DNA of 64,000 nucleotides from Chloroflexota bacterium (GCA_034433795.1 DAOUAE010000002.1:26371-90370); one strand, 5' to 3'; counted from the stretch's first letter, positions 48,089 through 58,297 are shown. Numbers and translations: made by a program. Notes: a model not told the origin generated them from the letters alone.

Positions 48089-49025
48089 ACCGGCCCGCCC
48101 CGTCGCCGACCTGGTCCCGCAGCTGGCGCCGCTCTGCGGAGGACGCGTCCGGCCCGGCGAACCGCTGGCCGCCCATACCACCTACCGCATCGGCGGACCG
48201 GCCGACCTCTTCGCCATCGCCCGCTCCCGCGACGAACTCGTCGCCCTCATCCAGGCCGCCCGGACGCTCGGCCTGCCCTGGCGTGTCCTGGGCCGGGGGT
48301 CGAACCTGCTGGTGAGCGACCGGGGCGTCCGGGGGCTGGTGGTCAAAAACCTCAGCGAAGAGATCGTCTTCCAGCTGGACCAGGACCCGCCGACGGTGGT
48401 CGTCGACTCCGGCGTCTCCTGCGCCCGCCTGGCGGCGCAGGCCGCCCAGCACGGCCTGGCCGGGCTGGAGTTCGCCATCGCCATCCCCGGCACGATCGGG
48501 GGAGCGGTGGTCCAGAACGCCGGCGCCCACGGGAGCGAAATCAAAGACCTGCTGGAGGCGGTCACCATCCTGACACCGGCCGGCGAGATCCAAACCCTGC
48601 CGGCCGACGCCCTGGCCCTGGGCTACCGGACCAGCCGTTTCCAGCGCGAGCCGGCCCTTATCCTGAGCGCCCGCCTCCGGCTCCGGCGCGAGTCCCCCGT
48701 GGTCATCGGCGAGCGGCTGCGCCGGATCCGGCTCCGACGGGCGGAGACCCAGCCCCGCGAGCCCAGCTGCGGCTCGGTCTTCAAGAACCCGCCCGGCGAC
48801 TATGCCGGACGGCTGATCGAGCGGGCCGGCCTCAAAGGACTCCGCTGTGGCCAGGCCCAGGTCTCGCTGCGCCACGCCAACTTCATCGTCAATCTGGGCG
48901 GGGCCACGGCCAGCGAGGTGCGAAGGCTGATCCGGCAGGTCCAGGAGACCGTCGCCCGACAGTTCGGGGTCGACCTGGAGACCGAGGTGGAGATCATCGG
49001 CGAGTGGGCCGAAGAGGAGGGATAG
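48072..49025 (+). CDS. murB: UDP-N-acetylenolpyruvoylglucosamine reductase
   Basis: RIGGPAD, GRGSN, IPGTIGGA, NAGA, CGSVFKNP, HANF and LETEV motifs. Confidence 0.96.
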   Translation: MTPPVEPARPVADLVPQLAPLCGGRVRPGEPLAAHTTYRIGGPADLFAIARSRDELVALIQAARTLGLPWRVLGRGSNLLVSDRGVRGLVVKNLSEEIVFQLDQDPPTVVVDSGVSCARLAAQAAQHGLAGLEFAIAIPGTIGGAVVQNAGAHGSEIKDLLEAVTILTPAGEIQTLPADALALGYRTSRFQREPALILSARLRLRRESPVVIGERLRRIRLRRAETQPREPSCGSVFKNPPGDYAGRLIERAGLKGLRCGQAQVSLRHANFIVNLGGATASEVRRLIRQVQETVARQFGVDLETEVEIIGEWAEEEG

Positions 49026-49027
49026 CC

Positions 49028-50128
49028 ATGGGCGACCAGCGGCTGCGCGTCGGTCTGCTGTTCGGTGGACGCTCCGGCGAGCACGAGGTCTCGCTGCGCT
49101 CGGCGCGCTCCATCCTCAGCGCCATCGACCGGGAAAAGTACGAGGTCGTTCTCATCGGGATCACCAAAGAGGGCGTCTGGGTCGTCGGGCCGGCGGCCCA
49201 GGCCCTGCTGGACGGCGCATCACCCTCCGCCGCCACCGGCGTCCTGGTCGGCCTGGCTCCCACCGAACAGCGGCTGCTGCTGCGGACGCCGGACGGCCAG
49301 CCCGCCGCTCCCCCGATCGATGTGGTTTTTCCGATTCTGCACGGCCCCTACGGCGAGGACGGGACGGTCCAGGGGCTGCTCGACCTGGCCAACGTGCCCT
49401 ACGTCGGGGCCGGGGTCCTGGCCTCGGCGGTGGGGATGGACAAGGCGGTGATGAAGAGCCTCTTCCGGGCCCACGGGCTGCCGGTGGTGGACTTCCTGGT
49501 TTTCCTGGCCAGCGACTGGGCCGCCCAGCCGGCCGCCGTGGCCGCCCAGATCGCCGATCGGCTCGGCTATCCCTGCTTTGTCAAGCCGGCCAACCTCGGC
49601 TCCAGCGTCGGGGTGAGCCGGGTGACCGCCCCTGATGAACTGGGGCCGGCGATGGACCTGGCGGCCGCCTACGACCGCAAGATCGTCGTCGAGGCCGCCT
49701 GCCAGTCCTGCCGCGAGATCGAGTGCAGCGTCCTGGGCAACGACGCCCCCGAGGCGTCGGTCCCCGGCGAGGTGGTGCCCCGGAGCGACTTCTACGACTA
49801 CGCGGCCAAATACCAGCGTGACGACACCGCGTTGCTGATCCCGGCGCCGCTCACCGCCGAGCAGGTCCAGACCGTCCAGCGCCTGGCCATCGCCGCCTTC
49901 CGGGCCATCGACTGCGCGGGCCTGGCCCGCGTCGACTTCTTCCTGACCCCCGACGGCCGCTTCTTCGTCAACGAGATCAACACCCTGCCCGGCTTCACCC
50001 AGGTGAGCATGTACCCGAAACTCTGGGAGGCCAGCGGCCTGCCCTACCCGGCCCTGATCGACCGGCTGATCACCCTGGCCCGCGAGCGCCACGCCGCCCG
50101 CAACCGCCTGCGCACCACCTACCGATGA
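49028..50128 (+). CDS. ddl: D-alanine--D-alanine ligase
   Basis: GGRSGEHEVS, LHGPYGEDG, KPANLGSS, FYDYAAKY and EINTLPG motifs. Confidence 0.96.
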   Translation: MGDQRLRVGLLFGGRSGEHEVSLRSARSILSAIDREKYEVVLIGITKEGVWVVGPAAQALLDGASPSAATGVLVGLAPTEQRLLLRTPDGQPAAPPIDVVFPILHGPYGEDGTVQGLLDLANVPYVGAGVLASAVGMDKAVMKSLFRAHGLPVVDFLVFLASDWAAQPAAVAAQIADRLGYPCFVKPANLGSSVGVSRVTAPDELGPAMDLAAAYDRKIVVEAACQSCREIECSVLGNDAPEASVPGEVVPRSDFYDYAAKYQRDDTALLIPAPLTAEQVQTVQRLAIAAFRAIDCAGLARVDFFLTPDGRFFVNEINTLPGFTQVSMYPKLWEASGLPYPALIDRLITLARERHAARNRLRTTYR

Positions 50129-50835
50129 GGTCCCGCCGTCCTCTCCAGCCCGTGATCGAACGTCTGCCGTACGCCGGCCTGCTGGTGGCCGGACTGCTGC
50201 TCCTCGCCTGGCTGCTTATGGCCGAACCGTTCCGCGTCCGGCAGGTCACCATCACGGGCCTGCGCTATCTTCCGCGGGGTCAGGTCGACCTGGCCCTCGG
50301 CGCCCAGGGGCAGAGCGTCTTTCTCCTCAACCGCCAGCAGCTGCGTCGGGCGGTCCAGCGGCTGGGTCCGGTGGCTGAGGCCGGCGTCCAGATCGGGCTC
50401 CCGGCCCGCCTGACCGTGACCATCAGCGAGCGCCCGCCCGCCTACCGGTGGCAGAGCGGCGGGACGGCCTACCTGGTCTCGGCCGACGGGGTCGTGCTGG
50501 CCCCCGCCCGCGAGCCCGGCGATCTCCCGCTGGTCGTCGACCGCGACGGCCGGCCGCTGGCTGTCGGCGAGCATCTCGACCCCCAGGTCCTGCGGGCGGT
50601 GGATTTCCTCACCCGGGCCCTGCCCCAGTACACCGCCCTCTCTTCGCCCCAGTACGAGTACAGCCGGGCCGAGGGGCTGGCGGTGAGCAGCGACGGGCGG
50701 CGCATCGTCTTCGGTCTGGATGATCTGCTCACCAAGGTTCTGACGCTGCGGGTGCTCGACGAGAGCCTGCGGGCCCGGGGACTCCGGCCCACGCTCATCG
50801 ACCTCCGCTTCGCCGACCATCCCTATATCCGTTAA
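50125..50835 (+). CDS. ftsQ: Cell division protein FtsQ/DivIB
   Basis: TM segment, POTRA-like region and C-terminal IDLRFADHPYIR. Last gene of the dcw cluster. Confidence 0.85.
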   Translation: MRSRRPLQPVIERLPYAGLLVAGLLLLAWLLMAEPFRVRQVTITGLRYLPRGQVDLALGAQGQSVFLLNRQQLRRAVQRLGPVAEAGVQIGLPARLTVTISERPPAYRWQSGGTAYLVSADGVVLAPAREPGDLPLVVDRDGRPLAVGEHLDPQVLRAVDFLTRALPQYTALSSPQYEYSRAEGLAVSSDGRRIVFGLDDLLTKVLTLRVLDESLRARGLRPTLIDLRFADHPYIR

Positions 50836-50912
50836 CTTCTCCTCTGGTCGCCCCACGCCGGCGGTGCTACAATACAGCCCGCTATCTGCCAGCCGGGAGA
50901 GACCAGCGACCA

Positions 50913-52061
50913 GTGACCCACAACCACCCCCGCCGCCGATCGGCCATCCCGACGCTCGTCCTTCTAGTCGGCCTGCTCGTCCTCCTCGCCTGCCAGCCGA
51001 CCGCGCCGGCTGATCTCCCGGCCGATCCGTTGCCCGACAGCGGGCCGCTCGTCACCCTCCCCACCGGTCCGGTTCTCTCCCCACCCGATCGTGGCCCCGC
51101 AGTGGCCGACGCGCCGGCGCCCTTCTGGCCCGACGACGGGCAGGCGCCCGCGCGCGCGCTAATGGGGCGCGCGCCGGGACCGACGCCCACCGGCCCGCTC
51201 CCGCTGGCCAGCCCTCGACCGGTCGCCGACACCCGGCCCGTTCGCCCGGCGGCCGGCGGCGACGAGGGAGGCCGGCTGTGCATTCTCATGTACCACTACA
51301 TCCGCGACCACGTCCCGGCCCACGACCAGCTGGGCCGCAACCTCTCGGTGGCCCCGGCCGACTTCGCCCAGCAGATGCAGCTGCTGGTCGAGCGGGGCTA
51401 CACGGTCCTCACGCTGGACGACCTTCTCCAGGCCCGTGCCGACGGCCGCCCGCTCCCCCCACGGGCCGTGGCCCTGACCTTCGACGACGGCTACAGCGAC
51501 TTCTACACGGCCGCCTGGCCGGTCCTGCGACGATACCATCTGCGGGCCACGGTCTACGTCATCACCGGCCTGCTCGACCGCCCTGGATACCTCACCTGGG
51601 CCCAGGTCCAGGACCTGGCTGCCAGCGGCATCACCATCGGCGGCCACACCCTCACTCACGCCCATCTCCCGGCCCTGACAGCACCGGCGCTGGAGCGGGA
51701 GCTGGCCGAGAGCCGGCGGCTCCTGGAGAGCCGGCTCGGCCGGCCGGTCCGCCACTTCGCCTACCCTGGGGGCGCCTACGACGCCCGGGTCCGGGCCGCC
51801 GTCGGCGCCCACGGCTACCAGACCGCCGTCACCACCCGCATGGGCTGCGCCACCCCCCACGACGACCCGCTGGCCCTGCCCCGCCTGCAGATCTGGGGAG
51901 GGATCACCCTCGACCAGTTCGCGGCCCTGCTGGCCCATCCCCCAGGCGGGCCCCAGGCCGCCCGGTCCACCCCCTCGCCGACCGTCACTCCCCACCCCGG
52001 ACCGGGAGCACCTGGGCCGGCCGGCACTCGTGGGCGTACAGGCGCCGGATCCGCGCGCTGA
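50913..52061 (+). CDS. Polysaccharide deacetylase (CE4/NodB), predicted lipoprotein
   Basis: LLAC lipobox, Pro-rich linker, ILMYH, LTFDDG, GHTLTH and FAYPGG motifs. Confidence 0.9.
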   Translation: MTHNHPRRRSAIPTLVLLVGLLVLLACQPTAPADLPADPLPDSGPLVTLPTGPVLSPPDRGPAVADAPAPFWPDDGQAPARALMGRAPGPTPTGPLPLASPRPVADTRPVRPAAGGDEGGRLCILMYHYIRDHVPAHDQLGRNLSVAPADFAQQMQLLVERGYTVLTLDDLLQARADGRPLPPRAVALTFDDGYSDFYTAAWPVLRRYHLRATVYVITGLLDRPGYLTWAQVQDLAASGITIGGHTLTHAHLPALTAPALERELAESRRLLESRLGRPVRHFAYPGGAYDARVRAAVGAHGYQTAVTTRMGCATPHDDPLALPRLQIWGGITLDQFAALLAHPPGGPQAARSTPSPTVTPHPGPGAPGPAGTRGRTGAGSAR

Positions 52062-53238
52062 AGCCCTCGCTGTCGCTCTGAACCGCCTGCAGCACCCGGT
52101 TCAACACGCGGTCGAGATCGCTGGTCGGCGGCTGTCGTCCCTGCGGACCAAAGAGCAGCCGCCAGAACTCGGCCTGGTAGCGGAAGGCCCGCTCCTCGGT
52201 GGCGAAACACCCCTCCGGGGTATAGATGGGCTCGCCCCGGAAAAAGTCGCTGGCGTGGGTGGCCTCGTGCACGATCACCGCCGCCAGCGCCGGGGCGTCC
52301 GCCCCGCGATAGACCGTCGAGACCCGAACGGTCGGCGGACGGGCCGAGAAGAGCCCGACGACCGCGTCGGGCAGTGGGGCGAAGACGATCGGCACGCGCC
52401 GCGCCAGGAGCGGATCGATCAGCGGGCGCGTAGCCGACTGATCGCGCAGCAGCAACGCCGCCGGCCGCAGCGGGGGATCGATCCGCAGCAGTGGGGAGTC
52501 GACCGGCAGCGGCTCGGTGCTCTCGCGGGGAACCAGGCCGGCCTCCTTGAGGAGATCGCCCCCCAGAATCCGCACCACCGTCCCCGGCGCCGGCATCCCC
52601 GGCACCTCCTCAACCCAGAGCTGCAGCGAGACTCGCTGAAAGCGCTGGCTGATAAACGGCCCGAACCGCTCCGGACGAGACATCGGCAGCCCGTAGAGGT
52701 CCATCGCCTCGCGCAGCCCCCAGGTCGGGAAGACCGCCGGGTTGGGGTTGCGCAGATAGTAGTCGCGCAGGCGCTCCTCAGTCAGCCAGGAGAGGCGAAC
52801 GATGACCGCCCGGGCGAAGTCGCCCCCCGAGCCGTCGTCGGCGATCGGCCGGGGAATGCCCTTGACCGTGTACAGCCAGTCGTCCTGCCCCGCCTGCTGG
52901 AGGATCTCAAACGTGTTGGCCAGAACCGCCTGCCCCGTCTCCGGACGCCACTGGAGCAGGCCCCCCTGGACCACCTGGTAGACAAAGCCGTCGGCCCCCA
53001 CAAAGCGAAAAGAGGCCGGATAGCCCAGCGTGGCCACCCCGCCCAGCCGCTGGTAGTCCCGCCAGAACCGCAGGCCACCGTCATCGGTGATGGCAAACCC
53101 CAGCCGCTGCCCGTCTCCGGCCTGCGGGTAGAAGCGGCCGTTGGGGATCGCCACATCCGGCGCCTCGGCCCGGACGCCATCAGCCCCGGCCAGCGCCCAG
53201 AAAAGCACCGCGATGACGACCGCCAGCCAGCGCCCCAT
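51985..53238 (-). CDS. Secreted protein with C-terminal HExxH motif
   Basis: Signal peptide (MGRWLAVVIAVLFWALAGADGVRA), an N-terminal domain with repeated LGYP/YGLP motifs, and VIVHEATH near the C-terminus. Confidence 0.75.
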   Translation of the reverse strand: MGRWLAVVIAVLFWALAGADGVRAEAPDVAIPNGRFYPQAGDGQRLGFAITDDGGLRFWRDYQRLGGVATLGYPASFRFVGADGFVYQVVQGGLLQWRPETGQAVLANTFEILQQAGQDDWLYTVKGIPRPIADDGSGGDFARAVIVRLSWLTEERLRDYYLRNPNPAVFPTWGLREAMDLYGLPMSRPERFGPFISQRFQRVSLQLWVEEVPGMPAPGTVVRILGGDLLKEAGLVPRESTEPLPVDSPLLRIDPPLRPAALLLRDQSATRPLIDPLLARRVPIVFAPLPDAVVGLFSARPPTVRVSTVYRGADAPALAAVIVHEATHASDFFRGEPIYTPEGCFATEERAFRYQAEFWRLLFGPQGRQPPTSDLDRVLNRVLQAVQSDSEGFSARIRRLYAHECRPAQVLPVRGGE

Positions 53239-53382
53239 CGCCCACCTCTCACCGGCTATGCTACGGGTCACGCCGGGCCACTGTCAACCGCCGGCCGGGC
53301 GCGCCCTCGCCCCCGGTTCCGCCGCGCCTCCTGGGCACGCTCTCTGCGAGAGCCATCGCCGCCACCCGATGGGACCGCCACA

Positions 53383-54411
53383 ATGGACCTGGAGATCGGC
53401 CTGTACCTCGAAGCGGAAGAGGGGGTAACCTGGTCGGACTGGCGCCGTCTGGCCCGGCGGGCCGAGGCCGGGGGGTTCGACGCCCTGGCCACCGCCGTCC
53501 ATCTGCGCTCGCTCCAGGCCCCCGGCCGCTGGTGCCTCGACCTCTGGCCGGTGATGACCGCCCTGGCCCTCTGGACCCGCCGGCTCCGCTTCGGCCCGAT
53601 GGTCCTGCCGGTCGCCTTCTACCACCCGGCCCAGGTCGCCCGGCTGGCGGCCGCCCTCGACCGGCTGAGCAGAGGACGCTTCCGTCTGCGATTGGGCGCC
53701 GGGCGCGACGCGGCCGAGCACCACGCCTTCGGCCTGCCATTTCCCGACCACGACGAGCGGATCGCCGCGCTGGGCGAGGCGGTCGCGCTCATCCGGCGGC
53801 TCTGGAGCGGTCAGCCGGTCTCCTTCGCCGGCCGCTGGTACCGGCTGGCGGAGGCCCAGATTCAGCCCACCCCGTTGCGCCCCTGGCTCGGGCTGGGCGG
53901 CGAGAGCGACCCCCTGCTCCGGCTGGCGGCCGCCCAGGCTGACGAATGGTGCACCGCCGGCCCGACGCTGGAGCGGTTCCGGTGGCTACAGGCCCGCCTG
54001 GACGATCTGGCCCGGGCGGCCGGCCGCGACCCCCACACCCTCGCCCGGACGGTGATGAGTGGGGTCGTCATCGGCCGCGACCGGGCGGCTCTCCAGCGCC
54101 GCGCCCACCGCCTGACCGCCCTCATCCCCACCCTGGCCGGGCACCCGCCTGCGGCCGTGCTCGCCCGTCTGGCGAGCGAATGGCGCTGGTGGATCGGAAC
54201 GCCGGCCGAGATCGTCGCGCAGACCCAGCCTTTCATCCAGGCCGGGGCCACCCAGGTCTTCTTTCAGGTCTTCGACCCTCACGATCTGGCGGCCGTTGAC
54301 CTTCTGGCTCAGGAGGTGCTGCCGGCCCTGCGGGCGGTGGCGGCGACCCGCCCGGCGGTCGCCTGTGATGCCGACGCGGTCCTCCGGCGCCCCGGGGAGG
54401 TGGGCCGGTGA
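53383..54411 (+). CDS. LLM-class (luciferase-like) flavin/F420-dependent oxidoreductase
   Basis: RLRFGPMV, HPAQVARLAAALDRLSRGRFRLRLGAG, SFAGRWY and ADEW motifs. ATG at 53383. Confidence 0.88.
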   Translation: MDLEIGLYLEAEEGVTWSDWRRLARRAEAGGFDALATAVHLRSLQAPGRWCLDLWPVMTALALWTRRLRFGPMVLPVAFYHPAQVARLAAALDRLSRGRFRLRLGAGRDAAEHHAFGLPFPDHDERIAALGEAVALIRRLWSGQPVSFAGRWYRLAEAQIQPTPLRPWLGLGGESDPLLRLAAAQADEWCTAGPTLERFRWLQARLDDLARAAGRDPHTLARTVMSGVVIGRDRAALQRRAHRLTALIPTLAGHPPAAVLARLASEWRWWIGTPAEIVAQTQPFIQAGATQVFFQVFDPHDLAAVDLLAQEVLPALRAVAATRPAVACDADAVLRRPGEVGR

Positions 54412-54448
54412 GACCCGGACCGTCCCCATCGCGGGGCCGCCGGGCCGG

Positions 54449-54477
54449 TTGTACGGGATCCGGGCGGGGGGTATAAT
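54449..54477 (+). promoter_or_regulatory. Sigma70-type promoter
   Basis: TTGTAC-N17-TATAAT, ending 9 nt before ATG 54487, possibly a leaderless transcript. Confidence 0.5.
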
Positions 54478-54486
54478 AGCAGCGTC

Positions 54487-55074
54487 ATGCGGACCCGGAC
54501 CATGGTCCACGCGCCGTTTTCCCCCGCAGCCCGCTCACGGCGACACCGGCTGGCCGCCGGCCTGGCCGACTGGCTGGGGCGTGCCTGGCGACCGCTCTTC
54601 GCCCTGGCCCTGGCGCTGTTCGTGGGGCTGCCGGTCCTGGCCCCACTCCTGGCCGCCGCGGGCTTCGACCACCTCGCCCTGACCATCTACGGTCTCTACC
54701 GCCTGACCTGCCACCAGCTGCCCGAGCGGTCGTACTTCCTGTTCGGGCATCCCCTCGCCTACTGCCAGCGCGACACCGCCCTCTACACCGCCATGCTGCT
54801 CGGCACCCTGGCCTCCGGGCGCTGGCGCGCGCCCGGGCTGACCGGCCGGCGGGCTCTCCTCTGGCTTCTCCTGGCCGGCCTGCCGCTCGCCCTGGACGGC
54901 GGCACCCAGGCCCTCGGCTGGCGGGAGAGCACCTGGTACCTGCGCACGCTGACCGGCGGGCTCTTCGGCTTCGTCGTCGCCTGGGTTGGGTGCCAGCTGA
55001 TGGCGCAGACGCTGGCCCAGACTCTGGCCAGCCCTCATTCTCCCAAGGAGCGCACCGGCGATGGTCTCGCTTGA
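54487..55074 (+). CDS. DUF2085-family membrane protein
   Basis: CHQLPERS, AYCQRDTALY, PLALDG and RTLTGGLFG motifs. Confidence 0.85.
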   Translation: MRTRTMVHAPFSPAARSRRHRLAAGLADWLGRAWRPLFALALALFVGLPVLAPLLAAAGFDHLALTIYGLYRLTCHQLPERSYFLFGHPLAYCQRDTALYTAMLLGTLASGRWRAPGLTGRRALLWLLLAGLPLALDGGTQALGWRESTWYLRTLTGGLFGFVVAWVGCQLMAQTLAQTLASPHSPKERTGDGLA

Positions 55075-56266
55075 GGTCCTGCGCGATCTGGCCACCCCCG
55101 CCCCCAGCAAACTGCTCCTCTTTGTCATTGATGGTCTCGGGGGTCTCCCCCATCCGGATACCGGCCGCACCGAACTGGAGACGGCCCACACGCCCAACCT
55201 GGACGCCCTGGCGGCCCGCTCGCTCTGCGGGCTGAGCATCCCCGTCGCCCTGGGGATCAGCCCGGGCAGCGGCCCCGGCCATCTGGCCCTCTTCGGCTAC
55301 GACCCCCTGACCTACCGGGTCGGACGGGGCGTGCTCTCGGCGCTGGGGGTGGGCTTCCCGCTGGAGCCCACCGATGTGGCCGCCCGTTTCAACTTCGCCA
55401 CGGTCGATGCTCAGGGCCGGGTGATCGACCGCCGGGCCGGCCGCCTCCCCACCGAGGTCAACCGGCAGCTGGTCGAGCGCCTGCGCACCATCCAGATCCC
55501 CGGCGTCCAGATCTTCGTCGAGACCGAGAGCGGCCACCGGGGCGTGGTCATCTTCCGGGGCGAGGGGCTGAGCGACGCCCTGACCGACAGCGACCCCCAG
55601 CGGGAGGGACTGCCGCCGCTGCCGGTGCGGCCGCTCACCCCCGAGGCCCAGCGCACGGCGGAGATCGTCAACCGCTTCATCGCCGAGGCGGCCGCGCGCC
55701 TGAAAGACGCCCACCCGGCCAACATGATTCTGCTCCGGGGCTTCGCCCGTCACCCGAACCTGCCCACCCTGGGCGACCTCTACCAGCTCCGGGCGGCGGC
55801 CGTCGCCGTTTACCCGATGTATAAAGGACTGGCCCGGCTGGTCGGCATGACCGTTCTCCCGACCGGCGAGACCCTGGCCGACCAGATCGCCACCCTGCGC
55901 CAGCACTGGGCGGCGTTCGATTTCTTCTATCTGCACACCAAGGGGGCGGACACCGCCGGCGAGGACGGCGACTTCGCCCGCAAGGTCCGGGTTCTCGAGG
56001 AGATCGATCAGCAGCTGCCAGCGCTGCTGGATCTGCGGCCCGATGTTCTGGTCATCACCGGCGACCATTCCACCCCCGCCGTGCTCCGCAGCCACAGCTG
56101 GCACCCGGTGCCCTATCTCCTCTGGGCCGCCACCCTGGCCCCCGACAGTGTCACCGCCTTCGGCGAACGGGCCTGCGCCCAGGGCGGGCTCGGCCTCTTC
56201 CCGGCCGTGGCGACCATGCGCCTGATGCTGGCCCACGGCCTGCGCCTCAAGCGCTACGGGGCCTGA
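55061..56266 (+). CDS. apgM: 2,3-bisphosphoglycerate-independent phosphoglycerate mutase (archaeal ApgM type)
   Basis: VIDGLG, TPNLD, PGSGPGHLALFGY, GRGVL, YLHTKGAD and TGDHSTP motifs. Confidence 0.93.
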   Translation: MVSLEVLRDLATPAPSKLLLFVIDGLGGLPHPDTGRTELETAHTPNLDALAARSLCGLSIPVALGISPGSGPGHLALFGYDPLTYRVGRGVLSALGVGFPLEPTDVAARFNFATVDAQGRVIDRRAGRLPTEVNRQLVERLRTIQIPGVQIFVETESGHRGVVIFRGEGLSDALTDSDPQREGLPPLPVRPLTPEAQRTAEIVNRFIAEAAARLKDAHPANMILLRGFARHPNLPTLGDLYQLRAAAVAVYPMYKGLARLVGMTVLPTGETLADQIATLRQHWAAFDFFYLHTKGADTAGEDGDFARKVRVLEEIDQQLPALLDLRPDVLVITGDHSTPAVLRSHSWHPVPYLLWAATLAPDSVTAFGERACAQGGLGLFPAVATMRLMLAHGLRLKRYGA

Positions 56267-56276
56267 GAAACAGAAA

Positions 56277-56304
56277 CGGCGCCAGGAGCGCGCTCCTGGC
56301 GCCG
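56277..56304. terminator. Perfect 28-bp palindrome between convergent apgM and ndk, probable bidirectional terminator
   Basis: CGGCGCCAGGAGCG|CGCTCCTGGCGCCG. Confidence 0.6.
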
Positions 56305-56322
56305 CTCGATCAGACGGACCGG

Positions 56323-56772
56323 CTATTCGTAGATCCAGCGGTCGATATCACGGGTGTAGGTGAAGAGCTCCGCGGGCTGGAAGAAGAGAGCGATCTCGTG
56401 CTGGGCCGTCTCGGGGGCGTCGGAGGCGTGGATGAGGTTGCGCAGTCCGGTCAGGGCCAGATCCCCCCGGATCGTCCCCGGCGGAGACTCATGGGGCCGG
56501 GTCTTGCCCACCATCGCCCGCACCACCTGGATGGCCTCCGGCCCCTCGACCACCGCCGCCACGACCGGCCCGCTGGTGATGTAGGTGACCAGGTCCTCGT
56601 AGAAGAACTTGCCCCGATGGACGGCGTAGTGCCGCTCGGCCAGCGCGCGGTCGAGCCAGAGCATCTTGAGCCCCACCAGACGCAAGCCCCGCCGTTCGAA
56701 CCGGCCCAGGATCTCGCCCACCAGCCCGCGCTGGACGCCATCCGGTTTGATGATGACCAGCGTCCGTTCCAT
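56323..56772 (-). CDS. ndk: Nucleoside diphosphate kinase
   Basis: [25 protein letters not shown] and NLIHASD motifs. Confidence 0.97.
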   Translation of the reverse strand: MERTLVIIKPDGVQRGLVGEILGRFERRGLRLVGLKMLWLDRALAERHYAVHRGKFFYEDLVTYITSGPVVAAVVEGPEAIQVVRAMVGKTRPHESPPGTIRGDLALTGLRNLIHASDAPETAQHEIALFFQPAELFTYTRDIDRWIYE

Positions 56773-56906
56773 AGACCTCCTCGCTGCTCGCTATCTCCCG
56801 CCAGGGCGGACCCCGGCCTGGCGATTATATCACCGGCCGCCCGGTGTGGTATAATTCAGGGCAGTCGAAGCAGGGAAGCACTCAAGCAAGAACAGGGGAT
56901 GAGAGC

Positions 56907-57296
56907 GTGGGGCAGTCGTTCTCGGAGACCGGTCTGACCCAGACCCCGGCCCGCGCCGCACTGGAGACCCTGACCGTGGACGCCCAGCGGCAGGCGCTGC
57001 ACGATCTTATCGCCGACACCCGGCGGGAGGTGCTCCGGACCCAGGCCCAGCTGCGCGACGCCACTCTGCGCCGCAACAAGCTGCTGCTCCAGCGAGCCGT
57101 CCCGCACGAGCACGGCGACCACAGCGAGGACGCCTGGCTGGAAGACGCCCTCCAGCACGAGGAGCAGCAGGTCCGCGACCTGAGCCAGCGCCTCGACCTG
57201 CTCCGCCGGCGGCTCGCCTGGTACCAGGAGAAGGTCACCCAGCTGGGCCCCGGCGAACCCATCTGGCCCTTGGCGGCCGAGACAGACGACGACTGA
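56907..57296 (+). CDS. Hypothetical coiled-coil protein
   Basis: Two heptad-rich helices flanking HEHGDHSED. An extended -10 (TGGTATAAT, 56847-56855) lies upstream. Start codon uncertain. Confidence 0.65.
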   Translation: MGQSFSETGLTQTPARAALETLTVDAQRQALHDLIADTRREVLRTQAQLRDATLRRNKLLLQRAVPHEHGDHSEDAWLEDALQHEEQQVRDLSQRLDLLRRRLAWYQEKVTQLGPGEPIWPLAAETDDD

Positions 57297-57310
57297 GCCG
57301 CGGAGCGGCC

Positions 57311-58294
57311 ATGTCCGAACTGCGCTGGCACCCGGTCCTGCGCGAATGGGTGATCACCGCCACCCACCGGCAGGAGCGCACCTTCCTGCCGCCACGGGAT
57401 TACTGTCCCCTCTGCCCCACCCGCCCCGGCGGCGTCCCGACCGAGATCCCCCGCCCGGACTACCAGATCGTGGTCTTCGAGAACCGGTTCCCGGCGCTCC
57501 AGCGCCAGCCGCCGGAACCAGCCGTCGCCGGCAGCCCGCTCACCCCGGTGGCGCCGGCCCAGGGGATCTGCGAGGTCGTGGTCTACACCCCCGACCACGA
57601 CAGCCGGCTAGCCCTCCGCAGCGTCGACGAGATCGAGCGCCTGATCGCCGTCTGGACCGACCGCTACCAGGAGCTGGGCGGCTACGACTTCGTCAAGTAC
57701 GTGTTCATCTTCGAAAACAAAGGCGAGGTGATCGGCGTCACTCTCCACCACCCACACGGTCAGATCTACGCCTTCCCCTACATCCCGCCGATCGTCCAGC
57801 GCGAACTGGCCAGCGCCGCTGACCATCTGGCCAGCACCGGACGCTGCCTCTTCTGCGATATCCTGGCCGCCGAGCGGGGCGATGGACGCCGACTGGTGGC
57901 CGAGAACGCCGACTTCGTCGCCTTCGTGCCCTTCTACGCCCGCTACCCCTACGAGGTCCACCTCTTCGCCGCCGCCCATCTGGGCGCGCTGCCCGATCTC
58001 GCTCCCCGCCAGCGGCGTTCGCTGGCGGCCCTCCTCAAAACCGTTCTTGTGACCTACGACAACCTCTGGGGCTTCTCACTCCCCTATATGATGGTGCTCC
58101 ACCAGCGCCCGACCGACGGGGAGCCCCATCCGGAGTACCACTTCCACATCGAGTTCTACCCGCCCCACCGGGCGCCGGACAAACTGAAGTATCTGGCAGG
58201 ATGCGAGTCGGGCGCCGGGACGTTCATCAACGACACCCTGCCCGAGGAGACCGCCGCCCGGCTGCGCGCGGCCCGCCCCCCAGCGGTCGACTAA
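57311..58294 (+). CDS. galT: Galactose-1-phosphate uridylyltransferase
   Basis: ELRWHP, CPLCP, FENRFP, ENKGEVIGVTLHHPHGQ (HPH active site) and CESG motifs. Confidence 0.95.
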   Translation: MSELRWHPVLREWVITATHRQERTFLPPRDYCPLCPTRPGGVPTEIPRPDYQIVVFENRFPALQRQPPEPAVAGSPLTPVAPAQGICEVVVYTPDHDSRLALRSVDEIERLIAVWTDRYQELGGYDFVKYVFIFENKGEVIGVTLHHPHGQIYAFPYIPPIVQRELASAADHLASTGRCLFCDILAAERGDGRRLVAENADFVAFVPFYARYPYEVHLFAAAHLGALPDLAPRQRRSLAALLKTVLVTYDNLWGFSLPYMMVLHQRPTDGEPHPEYHFHIEFYPPHRAPDKLKYLAGCESGAGTFINDTLPEETAARLRAARPPAVD

Positions 58295-58297
58295 CCT

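Noticed and set aside
49028-50128. Van-type D-Ala-D-Lac ligase
   Set aside because: The omega loop FYDYAAKY has the Tyr typical of D-Ala-D-Ala ligases, the gene is in the core dcw cluster, and there are no vanH or vanX genes.
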